Positions 29,139 through 37,767 of a stretch of 64,000 bases of DNA are shown piece by piece. The stretch is from Escherichia phage DaisyDussoix, in sequence record MZ501058, one strand, 5' to 3'. The notes beneath the pieces were generated by a model. The model saw only the letters and a program-made list of their open reading frames with translations. It was not told where the DNA came from and did not search any database. The position numbers and the translations under genes are program-made. The first letter of the stretch is position 1. Each line of letters begins with the position of its first letter.

Positions 29139-29977
29139 TGCAACAATACTTAAAAATTTTGACAGATGTAATTTTACTAGGTGAACCCCGTAATGACCGT
29201 ACAGGAACAGGCACAGTTTCAATTTTTGATTCCTATGCTAAGTTCGACCTACGTGAAGGATTCCCGGCTGTAACTACTAAACGCCTGGCCTGGAAATCAG
29301 TAGTAGGAGAACTTTTGTGGTTCTTGTCTGGTTCCACAAATCTTCATGATCTACGTGTATTCACATTTGGTCGTGACGAAGGACAGTGGACCATCTGGAC
29401 TCCAAATTATGAAGACCAAGCTATAAGTATGGGGTATGATAAGGGTAATCTAGGACCAGTATATGGTAAACAGTGGCGTAACTTTGGTGGGCGAGATCAG
29501 ATCCTAGAACTTATTGAAGGAATCAAGAATAATCCTCATGGCCGCAGACATCTAGTTTCTGCGTGGAACGTAGCTGAACTTGATAAAATGGCATTACCAC
29601 CCTGTCATTATGGTTTTCAGTGTTACGTAAGTAATGATGGATACCTAGATCTTAAATGGACACAACGCTCTGTGGATTGTTTCCTCGGTTTACCTTTCAA
29701 TATTGCTAGTTATGCTTTATTAACGCATATATTAGCAAAACTGACAGGATTAAAACCTCGTTATCTTATCTTTAGTGGTGGTGATACTCATATCTATAAT
29801 GACCACATGGAACAGGTAGAAGAACAGGTAAAACGCAAGCCACGCCCTCTGCCAACTCTAGTAATGCCAGAGTTTGTAGATCTTTACGATTTATTAGAAA
29901 ATAATACAGCAGCTTGGTCGTTCCATTTAGAGGGGTACGATCCTCATCCAGCTCTTAAAGCTAAAATGTCCTCTTAA
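29138..29977 (+). CDS. thyA: thymidylate synthase
   Basis: PPCHYGFQCYV active-site motif. Confidence 0.9.
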   Translation: MQQYLKILTDVILLGEPRNDRTGTGTVSIFDSYAKFDLREGFPAVTTKRLAWKSVVGELLWFLSGSTNLHDLRVFTFGRDEGQWTIWTPNYEDQAISMGYDKGNLGPVYGKQWRNFGGRDQILELIEGIKNNPHGRRHLVSAWNVAELDKMALPPCHYGFQCYVSNDGYLDLKWTQRSVDCFLGLPFNIASYALLTHILAKLTGLKPRYLIFSGGDTHIYNDHMEQVEEQVKRKPRPLPTLVMPEFVDLYDLLENNTAAWSFHLEGYDPHPALKAKMSS

Positions 29978-29982
29978 CTTAA

Positions 29983-30008
29983 ATAGCCCTTCGGGGCTAT
30001 TATATTTA
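29983..30008 (+). terminator. intrinsic terminator (UUCG tetraloop)
   Basis: UAGCCC-UUCG-GGGCUA + UUAUAUUU. Confidence 0.55.
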
Positions 30009-30050
30009 AAATTTCATTTGCTTATTTAGTGAAATTTTAAATATAATATA
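30008..30050 (+). promoter_or_regulatory. T5-type sigma70 promoter
   Basis: AAAATTTCATTTGCTT-N18-TATAAT. Confidence 0.5.
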
Positions 30051-30078
30051 CTAAATCAACCAATATGGACAAACAAGA

Positions 30079-30465
30079 ATGAGCAAAGATATAGAATTAG
30101 AACACGCCCTGCATAATTATACCTCTTACTTGGAGGGTAATGAAGTAAAAGAATTAACTAAGGAACAAATCCTACTAATTCTAGATTCTCTAGTTTTAAA
30201 GTTTAAAAAACTAGAGGAATACTACTCCGTAGGTAATGGGGATGAAAGAGTAGAACTATCTCTAAGTCTTCTAGAAGACATGGGGTGGGATGAAGATGAC
30301 CAAGTAGGGTACTTGGGGATTTCTGTAGAAATCTTAGAAAACACAGAACATGAAGATATTTTAGAAGTGAAAAGTAGAACAGCTATTCGTTATGGTACTT
30401 ATGGAAGTGGAATAACTGGATTAAAAGCGCTTCTTAGTATGGATCTAGGGTGGTTGGATGAGTAA
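30079..30465 (+). CDS. hypothetical acidic protein
   Basis: ORF track 128 aa. Confidence 0.45.
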   Translation: MSKDIELEHALHNYTSYLEGNEVKELTKEQILLILDSLVLKFKKLEEYYSVGNGDERVELSLSLLEDMGWDEDDQVGYLGISVEILENTEHEDILEVKSRTAIRYGTYGSGITGLKALLSMDLGWLDE

Positions 30466-31003
30466 ACAACCGACACTAGAGAGATTAAAAGAACTTCTAA
30501 ATTATGATCCTGATACCGGAATATTTACTAATAAAATAAGTAGAGGTAAGGGAGGTAAAGCCGGAGCAGTTGCTGGTTATTTAAGAAAAGATGGTTATAT
30601 AACTATAAAAATAGATAAAGTAGATTATCTAGCCCATAGACTGGCATTCCTGTATATGACAGGGAGTATTCCTGACTTAGTAGATCATATAAATCGTATA
30701 CGGTCAGATAATAGATGGAAAAATTTAAGAGAATCTACTAGTCAAATTAATAATAGAAACTGCACTGCCTCTAGCAAATCAGGGTACTTAGGGGTACATT
30801 GGAATAAGCAACTACAAAAGTGGCAAGTACAGATAATAAACTGTGAGGGTAAGAATATTTATGGTGGAATATTCGAATATCTAGACTTAGAGAACGCCGT
30901 ATTAAAAGCAAATATCTTGAGACACGAGTTACATGGTAAAGATGCTGTAGAAGAAATATTTTATAATAACTATTATCCCACATTAGAGGAACTTAATAGA
31001 TGA
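30458..31003 (+). CDS. HNH homing endonuclease (AP2-domain type)
   Basis: 181 aa; YLAHRLAFLYMTG...VDHINRIRSDNRWKNL. Confidence 0.8.
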   Translation: MSKQPTLERLKELLNYDPDTGIFTNKISRGKGGKAGAVAGYLRKDGYITIKIDKVDYLAHRLAFLYMTGSIPDLVDHINRIRSDNRWKNLRESTSQINNRNCTASSKSGYLGVHWNKQLQKWQVQIINCEGKNIYGGIFEYLDLENAVLKANILRHELHGKDAVEEIFYNNYYPTLEELNR

Positions 31004-31476
31004 GTACATTTCATATATACACAGATGGTGCTTGTAAGTCTAATCCAGGTCCAGGTGCTTGGGGTTTTATTGTCTATGATGATAACAACGATCGTTTAGG
31101 TTCTAAATCTGGTTATAATCCTAAAACCACAAATAACGAGATGGAACTCACAGCTATTGTAGAAGCTCTACGTTGGTCCGTTAAAAAAGATAATAGACCA
31201 ATTGCTATCTATACTGACTCTGCTTATTGCAAAAATGGCATGGAAAGTTGGATGTTTTCTTGGCAAAGGAAAGGCTGGAAGAAAGCAGATGGTGAAGTTC
31301 CTCTTAATCTAGAACTTTGGCAGGAAGCATTTAAATTAACACAGCAGTATATCAACTTTCATAATACTAACCCTACCTTTATTAAGGTTAAAGGACATTC
31401 TGGTATTAGTGGTAATGAAGCTGTAGATGCACTATGTAATACAGTTATTACTGAGCAAGAACTTGCTGAGATGTGA
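31000..31476 (+). CDS. rnh: ribonuclease H
   Basis: YTDGACKSNPGPGAWG, ELTAIVEAL, YTDSAY, VKGHSGISGNEAVDALC motifs. Confidence 0.8.
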   Translation: MSTFHIYTDGACKSNPGPGAWGFIVYDDNNDRLGSKSGYNPKTTNNEMELTAIVEALRWSVKKDNRPIAIYTDSAYCKNGMESWMFSWQRKGWKKADGEVPLNLELWQEAFKLTQQYINFHNTNPTFIKVKGHSGISGNEAVDALCNTVITEQELAEM

Positions 31477-31486
31477 TAAATAAATT

Positions 31487-31530
31487 AAAAATTTTCTTGC
31501 TTAAAGCCCCCTAATTTAGTATAATATTCG
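31487..31530 (+). promoter_or_regulatory. T5-type sigma70 promoter
   Basis: AAAAATTTTCTTGCTT-N17-TATAAT. Confidence 0.55.
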
Positions 31531-31552
31531 TATTGAAAGTGAGGAGGGCTTT

Positions 31553-31831
31553 ATGCGAATTTACAACTCAAATTCATTAGGATTTAAACCTTTGAGAAAA
31601 CTCGCACAACCTCCGCGTCAGATCAGAAAGGCAAATATTGGTGAGCCAGAAACTAGGCTTCCACCACCTCCGGAGCAACGTCTAGTTTACCTAGACGAAG
31701 AATTAGCCGAAAGGGAACGCAAAGCTCAAGAAGAAATTGAGCGCAAGAAACTGTGTACTGCTCCAGCGTATAATAAAGGAGCGTATCAATATGTCTCAGA
31801 TGCCGAACAAGCTAAGATGGTTGGTAGATAA
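31553..31831 (+). CDS. hypothetical protein
   Basis: GAGGAGGG RBS; 92 aa. Confidence 0.45.
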   Translation: MRIYNSNSLGFKPLRKLAQPPRQIRKANIGEPETRLPPPPEQRLVYLDEELAERERKAQEEIERKKLCTAPAYNKGAYQYVSDAEQAKMVGR

Positions 31832-31837
31832 TTTTTA

Positions 31838-31880
31838 AAAAATTCATTTGCTAAACGCTTCAAATTCTCGTATAATATAC
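31838..31880 (+). promoter_or_regulatory. T5-type sigma70 promoter
   Basis: AAAAATTCATTTGCTA-N17-TATAAT. Confidence 0.6.
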
Positions 31881-31914
31881 TTCATAAATTGATAAACAAA
31901 AAGGAAAACAAATA

Positions 31915-32430
31915 ATGGCTAAGCAGAAAAACGCAAAAACTCAAGCAGCTCCGGCAGTTAAAACTTTCCCGCAGACCGAGGCTAATCGCAAAGCTCGTCT
32001 GGAACGCCACCTGCGTAAGCATCCTACCGATGCTCAGGCTGCGCAAGCACTGAATAATCCGGCTCCGATTCGTAAGAAGCCTAAAGCTAAAAATGCCACC
32101 CGTAAATCCTACAAAATGGTTATGTATGTAGAAAATTACGGCCACAAATCTGTCCCAGTTTCCATGAGCTTCAACGCTGGGGCTGAATTATTCTCTCGTA
32201 ATGGTATGTCTATGAAAGACTATGAGAAGGCAGTTAACCAGAAGCGTAAACCAACAGCAGATGTATTGCGTGATACTCGTGGACAGTTTGGTTCTGTTAA
32301 GCCAAATATCTTTGGCGTAGAGTATAGTAAAGATAATGTTCGTGCTCTGTGTTACGGTGTAGGCATTAAGTTCACGGGTGATTCTGCTCGTAAATCTGCT
32401 AAACCAGCTCGCAAGCGTAAAGCGAAGTAA
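31915..32430 (+). CDS. hypothetical basic protein
   Basis: 171 aa, Lys/Arg-rich termini. Confidence 0.5.
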   Translation: MAKQKNAKTQAAPAVKTFPQTEANRKARLERHLRKHPTDAQAAQALNNPAPIRKKPKAKNATRKSYKMVMYVENYGHKSVPVSMSFNAGAELFSRNGMSMKDYEKAVNQKRKPTADVLRDTRGQFGSVKPNIFGVEYSKDNVRALCYGVGIKFTGDSARKSAKPARKRKAK

Positions 32431-32437
32431 TAGATAA

Positions 32438-32456
32438 ATAGGGGCAGAAGCCCCTA
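32438..32456 (+). other. stable GC hairpin (GGGGC-AGAA-GCCCC), weak terminator or processing site
   Basis: hairpin without clear U-tract. Confidence 0.35.
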
Positions 32457-32493
32457 CAATCTACTAATTCTCTAACTAATCAAGGATATTTTT

Positions 32494-32709
32494 ATGTTCT
32501 CTAAGAAACCACGTTCCGTTACTGAAATCGTTGCTTCCTTTACCACTATCACTGATGAGCTTCAAGCTCGTATTGAGGCTGATCAAAAAATTGCTGCGGA
32601 TATTCAGAAACAGCAGGAAGAACTCGCTTTAAAGTTGGCTGAAACCAACAAGAGCGAAAAATCTGCCCAAACTATTATGGAAAATATCCTTAAACTGCTG
32701 GGCAAGTGA
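32494..32709 (+). CDS. hypothetical small protein
   Basis: ORF track 71 aa. Confidence 0.45.
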   Translation: MFSKKPRSVTEIVASFTTITDELQARIEADQKIAADIQKQQEELALKLAETNKSEKSAQTIMENILKLLGK

Positions 32710-32717
32710 TTTAAATC

Positions 32718-32742
32718 AGGGGGCGAAAGCCCCTCTTATTTG
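32718..32742 (+). terminator. intrinsic terminator-like hairpin (GNRA loop)
   Basis: GGGGC-GAAA-GCCCC + UCUUAUUU. Confidence 0.45.
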
Positions 32743-32750
32743 GAGAAACT

Positions 32751-32987
32751 ATGCGTAATTTTGTAGCAAAGAATGATTTTAACCGTGCTAGCACCCATAA
32801 GTCAGCTAGGGATTATACACGACTTTCTAGTCATGAAGTAATGGATACCTGTTATGAAGAGCTGGAAGGTAGCTGGAATGACTGGCCCGACTTCTCTATG
32901 GAAGAGAACTGGGATGTCAGTGAGGATATGCTTCCTGGTTTTAAAGACCCCAAGAAGTGGGAGTCTATTAAAGAGACAGCTCTTTAA
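32751..32987 (+). CDS. hypothetical small protein
   Basis: ORF track 78 aa. Confidence 0.45.
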   Translation: MRNFVAKNDFNRASTHKSARDYTRLSSHEVMDTCYEELEGSWNDWPDFSMEENWDVSEDMLPGFKDPKKWESIKETAL

Positions 32988-33015
32988 TAGTTTTCTACAC
33001 AATAAAGGATAAGTT

Positions 33016-33717
33016 ATGAAAGTAAAACCATTTGGTATGCTAGATATTGAATCTCTAGGAACTCCAGGAGATTGTGGTACTACTCATATCGCAATGCCTT
33101 CTTTCGCTTTTGTGGCTATGCATGGGATTGATAAAGACCCTGACTTAGTATTTGCTACTTTGGATGTGCAGGATCAGCTTAATTCTGGTGCCAAAGTTAC
33201 AGCATCTACTCTAGCATTCTGGATGGATCAAGCTAAAAATAGCCCGTCTGCTATCCACATTATGGAAGCCATGAAGGAACGTAATCCAAAACTGATTGCC
33301 TTCCAAAATGGTAAACATCATTGCACTAATAAATTAGGCTCAAACTATGCTGCCTTCTCTATGTCTCAAAATATTATGGAGTTGGCTCTAGGTGAAAATG
33401 CTTTGTATTATGGCAATGGCCCAGAGTTTGATATGACTATCTACTCTGCAAACACGTTCCATGCTGGAACCAATGAAGAGGTAGTTCCGTGGAAATTCTG
33501 GAATTTGGGCAATGTTCGATCTCTTCGTAATCTCTGGATGCAAGCTGGATACAGTTATAAGGCTCTAGAGACCGAAGGTATTAGCTGGGCAATAGCTAAA
33601 ATGGAGAAGATGGACACTATTCGTTATGGGATCTATCCGGTTAAGCATGATCCTGCATTTGATGCCTTAGTTGAAAGCTATTGTGTTGCAGCTATGATCG
33701 AAAAAATGAAAATTTGA
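33016..33717 (+). CDS. DEDD-type 3'-5' exonuclease-like protein (T4 DexA-like, tentative)
   Basis: N-terminal LDIESLG (DxE) and C-terminal KHDPAFDA (H..D) signatures. Confidence 0.45.
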   Translation: MKVKPFGMLDIESLGTPGDCGTTHIAMPSFAFVAMHGIDKDPDLVFATLDVQDQLNSGAKVTASTLAFWMDQAKNSPSAIHIMEAMKERNPKLIAFQNGKHHCTNKLGSNYAAFSMSQNIMELALGENALYYGNGPEFDMTIYSANTFHAGTNEEVVPWKFWNLGNVRSLRNLWMQAGYSYKALETEGISWAIAKMEKMDTIRYGIYPVKHDPAFDALVESYCVAAMIEKMKI

Positions 33718-33752
33718 TTTGCTTCCGGCCCCAAAATTCTGTATAATATATT
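33709..33752 (+). promoter_or_regulatory. T5-type sigma70 promoter
   Basis: AAAATTTGATTTGCTT-N17-TATAAT. Confidence 0.55.
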
Positions 33753-33787
33753 CATAAATTTGAGAAAACAATAAAAGGAAAACATAT

Positions 33788-33970
33788 ATGCCAGTATCTA
33801 AAAATGTTCGTAAAAATGGTAAGAAAGCTACTCGTAATCTGGGTATCCGTCGTATGGCTGAACGTCAATCAGGTATCCAGAAAATCTTTGATCTGCTAAA
33901 TCGTGCTAATCCTAAAATTGATAACAGTAATGATACTGTTCTACGCACTCTGCTGGCAATTGGTCTGTAA
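33788..33970 (+). CDS. hypothetical small basic protein
   Basis: AAAAGGAAAA RBS; 60 aa. Confidence 0.4.
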   Translation: MPVSKNVRKNGKKATRNLGIRRMAERQSGIQKIFDLLNRANPKIDNSNDTVLRTLLAIGL

Positions 33971-34023
33971 TAGACCAACTTTAAACAAATTCAAATCTCA
34001 AACTTCATATAAGGAAGCAAATA

Positions 34024-34662
34024 ATGACTACTCGTATTTCTAAAACTCGCGCTCTGGCAACTATCAAATCTCTGGAAGCTAAAATCCGTAAAGCTACTGA
34101 ACAGCAGCTTCTGATCGCTGTTGGTGAAGGTAAGGATAAAAACCAAGTTGTAGTTGGCGCTGCAATCGAAGTAGCTGATCTGTCTACTCGTATTAAGACT
34201 GATTTCCAGTCTCTGCTGGATATGATGTCCCAGCGTGATCGTATCAAAGCTGCTCTGATTAAAAGCAATGCGGAAACAATCGTTGAGATTGGCTCTCGTA
34301 AGATGACTGTTGCGGAAGCAATTGAAGCTAAGCGTTCTATGGAACTTAAAGCCCAACTACTGGCTAACATGCGTAAGCAGTTCCATGCCGCTACGGTTAA
34401 GTTTAATACGCAGAAAGCACAGTTTGATGCTAAATATGAGCGTTTGCAGGATAGCATGGCTACCCGCGATAAGAAAACTTCCGAAGATGAAGTTAAAATG
34501 CAGCTCAACCTGCTGGAACTCAAGAATACTCCATTCTTGATTGATCCGCTGGAACTGGAAAAGCTGATTAAGCAGCATGACGAGGAATATCAGGACTTTG
34601 CAACAAATGTTGACTTTGTTCTGTCCGAGTCTAACGCTTCTACCTTCATTGAAGTAGAGTAA
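34024..34662 (+). CDS. hypothetical coiled-coil protein
   Basis: 212 aa; AAGGAAG RBS; overlapping minus-strand ORFs judged spurious. Confidence 0.5.
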   Translation: MTTRISKTRALATIKSLEAKIRKATEQQLLIAVGEGKDKNQVVVGAAIEVADLSTRIKTDFQSLLDMMSQRDRIKAALIKSNAETIVEIGSRKMTVAEAIEAKRSMELKAQLLANMRKQFHAATVKFNTQKAQFDAKYERLQDSMATRDKKTSEDEVKMQLNLLELKNTPFLIDPLELEKLIKQHDEEYQDFATNVDFVLSESNASTFIEVE

Positions 34663-35035
34663 TAATTTAAAAGCTAGTAAATCGGTAGACGAAAGCCCAA
34701 GCATCTTACCTCGCAGCAGCGGTTGAAATACGAGGTTAAATAAGACCGCTGACCATACTATAAAGTATAATCTATTGGAGATTATGTTTATTACATCAGA
34801 CATTTAATCTGACACGTAAAAACAAAAGGTCGTTGGTAGTACCAACACAACTTCAAAGATCAACGCTCAAGTATGAAAGCTGAAAAGTTAAAAGCACTCA
34901 AACTTCTAACCTTCTAAAGCTAAAAGATGCAAAGTATTCGTTGATGATTCAAACCCTAGATCAAAGGTACATGGCTCATAAGATATGGCCTGTGGCGCCT
35001 CTAGGCTGTTTATCGGTTTACTAGTCTCTCAATTT

Positions 35036-35078
35036 AAAAATGTATTTGCTAATTAGTTTAGTTTTCTATATAATATAT
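35036..35078 (+). promoter_or_regulatory. T5-type sigma70 promoter
   Basis: AAAAATGTATTTGCTA-N17-TATAAT. Confidence 0.55.
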
Positions 35079-35104
35079 TTTTAAATTGATGAGACGAGGC
35101 TATT

Positions 35105-35422
35105 ATGATTTTTCATATTCTTATTGATGATGTTCGTGTCCTGCATGGGATGGATATTATCATTCGAACCCCCGAAGCCGCTATTGAGTTTCTGAATACA
35201 ACCGATACCACCGGACATTTCGTTTATATGGATAACGATCTGGCTGTAGATGGTATGGAAGGTTATCAAATTCTTCGATTACTCCTAGAATTTGGTCAGA
35301 GACCCAAGAAAGTGGTACTAGTAACCTCGAACCCAGTAGCTAAAGAGACCATGCGTAATGATCTCCTAGACGAAGGGTATCAAGAAAGCCCTAATCGTAT
35401 TGAGTACGATTGGCCGGAGTAA
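35105..35422 (+). CDS. receiver (REC)-like domain protein (tentative)
   Basis: HILIDDV ... MDNDL ... VVLVTSNP pattern reminiscent of CheY-like fold. Confidence 0.35.
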   Translation: MIFHILIDDVRVLHGMDIIIRTPEAAIEFLNTTDTTGHFVYMDNDLAVDGMEGYQILRLLLEFGQRPKKVVLVTSNPVAKETMRNDLLDEGYQESPNRIEYDWPE

Positions 35423-35877
35423 ATAAAATGAAGGCAGCTTTGCTTTTAATAGCTGCCCTAACCTATAGCTTCAATAGTCATGCGACCTACGACTCAAAGC
35501 AGATTGATTGCATTGCAAAAAATATCTACTTCGAAGCACGAGGTGAGGGCACTAAAGGAATGATCGCAGTTGCACAGGTTACTAAAAACCGTGTTAACTC
35601 TGGTACTTTTCCTGATTCTTACTGTAAAGTAGTATATCAGTCTAACCAGTTCTCTTGGGTGGCCAAGAGACCAAAAGTTGATAAAACCGATGAGGCTTGG
35701 CAAGTTGCTAAGAATTTAGCTAGAGTGATATACTACGTTGATTTACCACAAGATCCAACACATGGAGCGTTATACTTCCATAGTGGTAAAGATAAACCTT
35801 ACTGGACAAAGAAGTTTAAGAAAACAACGAAGATTCAAGGCCATACGTTCTACAAGCCTGTGGTTAAGAAAACTTAA
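35410..35877 (+). CDS. secreted SleB-like cell-wall hydrolase
   Basis: signal peptide MKAALLLIAALTYSFNSHA; NIYFEARGE...AVAQVTKNR SleB-family motifs. Confidence 0.55.
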   Translation: MAGVNKMKAALLLIAALTYSFNSHATYDSKQIDCIAKNIYFEARGEGTKGMIAVAQVTKNRVNSGTFPDSYCKVVYQSNQFSWVAKRPKVDKTDEAWQVAKNLARVIYYVDLPQDPTHGALYFHSGKDKPYWTKKFKKTTKIQGHTFYKPVVKKT

Positions 35878-35918
35878 AAATTCGATTGCTTAAAGCCTTA
35901 AATTTCTGTATAATACTT
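35876..35918 (+). promoter_or_regulatory. T5-type sigma70 promoter
   Basis: AAAAATTCGATTGCTT-N17-TATAAT. Confidence 0.55.
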
Positions 35919-35945
35919 TCATAAATTAATGAGAGGAAGCGAAAT

Positions 35946-36116
35946 ATGAAATCAGTTGTAATTATTGGTGTTAATACTCGTGGTATCCGTACTACGAAAA
36001 CAGTTAAAACTACTAACGTTGCTGAAATTACTACAAACCCTAAGAAGTTTGATTTCGCCAAAGTCTCAGCAGTTATGACAGAGCAATCTTTTAACCAAGC
36101 ACTGGGGATGAAATAA
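35946..36116 (+). CDS. hypothetical small protein (56 aa; below ORF-track cutoff)
   Basis: GAGAGGAAG RBS, ATG 35946, stop overlaps next start (TAATG). Confidence 0.35.
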   Translation: MKSVVIIGVNTRGIRTTKTVKTTNVAEITTNPKKFDFAKVSAVMTEQSFNQALGMK

Positions 36117-36565
36117 TGGAAGAGAATATTCTAGATGTTTTGCGTAGGGCTTTGCAGGAATCTAAGGTTGATGGTTCTGATAAAGAAGTAGCTAAAAGCT
36201 ACCAGACCATAATCGGAGATCTTCAGCGTGTTGATAAAGACTTCATTACTTCTGAACAGTTTGTATCTTATCTAAAAGCTCAACTGAAAAGCATTAATCA
36301 GACGAAAGCTAAACTTCACGGTCAAGACATTGATAATTATAGCTTGCAGTCTGCTCAGTATGAATATATACTGAACAAATGGTTACAACAGTATCTGCCG
36401 CCTCAGCTTTCTGATTCTGAGATTCGCAAATACTTTGCAGAATTAGTTAAGTTGAACCCTGGGATTACGAAAGGTATGCTGATGAAAGCGATTAAGGAAG
36501 AATTCCCTGGTCGTTATGATGGTGGTATTGCTGCTCAAGTTGCTGGCGAATTCAATAAAAATTGA
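36116..36565 (+). CDS. GatB/YqeY-like domain protein
   Basis: C-terminal WLQQYLPPQLSDSEIRKYFAELVKLNPGITKGMLMKAIKEEFPGRYDG matches YqeY/GatB pattern. Confidence 0.5.
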   Translation: MEENILDVLRRALQESKVDGSDKEVAKSYQTIIGDLQRVDKDFITSEQFVSYLKAQLKSINQTKAKLHGQDIDNYSLQSAQYEYILNKWLQQYLPPQLSDSEIRKYFAELVKLNPGITKGMLMKAIKEEFPGRYDGGIAAQVAGEFNKN

Positions 36566-36600
36566 TTTGCTAAACGCTTCAAAATTCTGTATAATAGATT
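36557..36600 (+). promoter_or_regulatory. T5-type sigma70 promoter driving ORF-free RNA region
   Basis: AAAAATTGATTTGCTA-N17-TATAAT. Confidence 0.55.
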
Positions 36601-37454
36601 CATAAATTAGAGAACAGCGAGCCGATTACGCTGAGTGAGTTTAGTGATTCCTAATAGGATAGCTATCCCACTGAATAGAGTCGGTGAGTTGGAGACTAGT
36701 AAGTACTCTTAGAGAGGCTACGAGCTAACGCTTATTGCTATTGATAGGGAACTGAAAATCTGCGGAAAACTCGGGAGCTGTCCCGAAATCTCGTAAACTC
36801 TTCTCTAGTTTATGTTAGTGGGGTGTCGAACTGACTTATGTGATAACACTGCCGTCCTAGTATAAACGGTAATATCAAACCGTAACTGGTGGAAGATGCA
36901 GGTTCGAATCCTGCGGTCGGAAAGAATCAGATAACTCGGGCTTATACCGGATAAGCATTCGCTGCTGTAGTACATACTATGACGGTTCAGGAGGTACGCC
37001 GCCTGATCAGTATTAGGTTAGAATCGAAACAGCTAAACCACGAGGAAACCTGACGGCCTCAATCAAACTCGGAACTCGGGATCACTGCCTAGTGTGTGCC
37101 CCGTTTAACCTGAGACTAGGCATCCAGCTTCGCATCGAAAATCGGAGGTGCGATTCTAACAGACCGCGTGAATATGAGAGTGGGAAATGCTGACATGAGA
37201 GATGTCACTAATGGTGCCCAATAGTACAGGTAATTCGCGATAATTCCTGTTGAGCGGCAGCAGTAGGCTGGGAGTCATGACCTAAGCCTAACCGAGTTCT
37301 TCACATACGGAGAACATAACCACAAAGTCACCCTGACTTAAACTGGAGGATATTATCTGACGGAAGGGCTGCAGAGCTTAATCTGAGGGGGCTGACCCTA
37401 CCTACCGTCGGGTATCTTTAAGAGCTTTTATAAGAGTTCTTAAAAATACCTAAA
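36601..37454 (+). ncRNA. candidate structured ncRNA / degenerate tRNA region (no ORF of 60 aa or more on either strand)
   Basis: 850 bp ORF-free directly after a strong promoter; tRNA T-arm copy at 36898-36914 without matching acceptor stem. Confidence 0.3.
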
Positions 37455-37529
37455 CGGGGTGTAGTCTAAGGGATAGGCAGGAGTCTTCTAAATTCCTTTA
37501 TGCAGGTTCGAATCCTGTCACCTCGGCCA
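37455..37529 (+). tRNA. tRNA-Arg (anticodon UCU)
   Basis: manual cloverleaf: acceptor CGGGGUG/CACCUCG, anticodon loop CUUCUAA, T-loop UUCGAAU, CCA encoded. Confidence 0.6.
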
Positions 37530-37555
37530 ATTTTATTAACTGCTAGGAAAATAAA

Positions 37556-37756
37556 GTGAAAACACGATATATAGTAAAAGTAGTAGGTGAACATTCACAA
37601 GTAAATACCACCGATGTTACAGCGCTAGCATTTGAAGTAGTCTCCGGTATAGTCATATTTCATAACGGAGATATCAAAGCTCCTGAATTTGCTGTGGATG
37701 CTAGCCTGTTTATTTCTGCAACTAAAGTAACTGTAGTAGCTAACTCTTCTAAATAA
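37556..37756 (+). CDS. hypothetical beta-rich small protein (possible NfeD-like partner of SPFH protein)
   Basis: GTG start with AGGAAA RBS; 66 aa immediately upstream of SPFH gene. Confidence 0.4.
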   Translation: MKTRYIVKVVGEHSQVNTTDVTALAFEVVSGIVIFHNGDIKAPEFAVDASLFISATKVTVVANSSK

Positions 37757-37767
37757 TAAGGAAATAT

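Noticed and set aside
34005-34803. Minus-strand ORFs 34005..34523, 33991..34356 and 34357..34803 (121-172 aa)
   Set aside because: Antisense to the well-supported plus-strand 212-aa gene and the plus promoter region; low-complexity, Ser/Leu/Cys-rich translations typical of reverse-frame artefacts.
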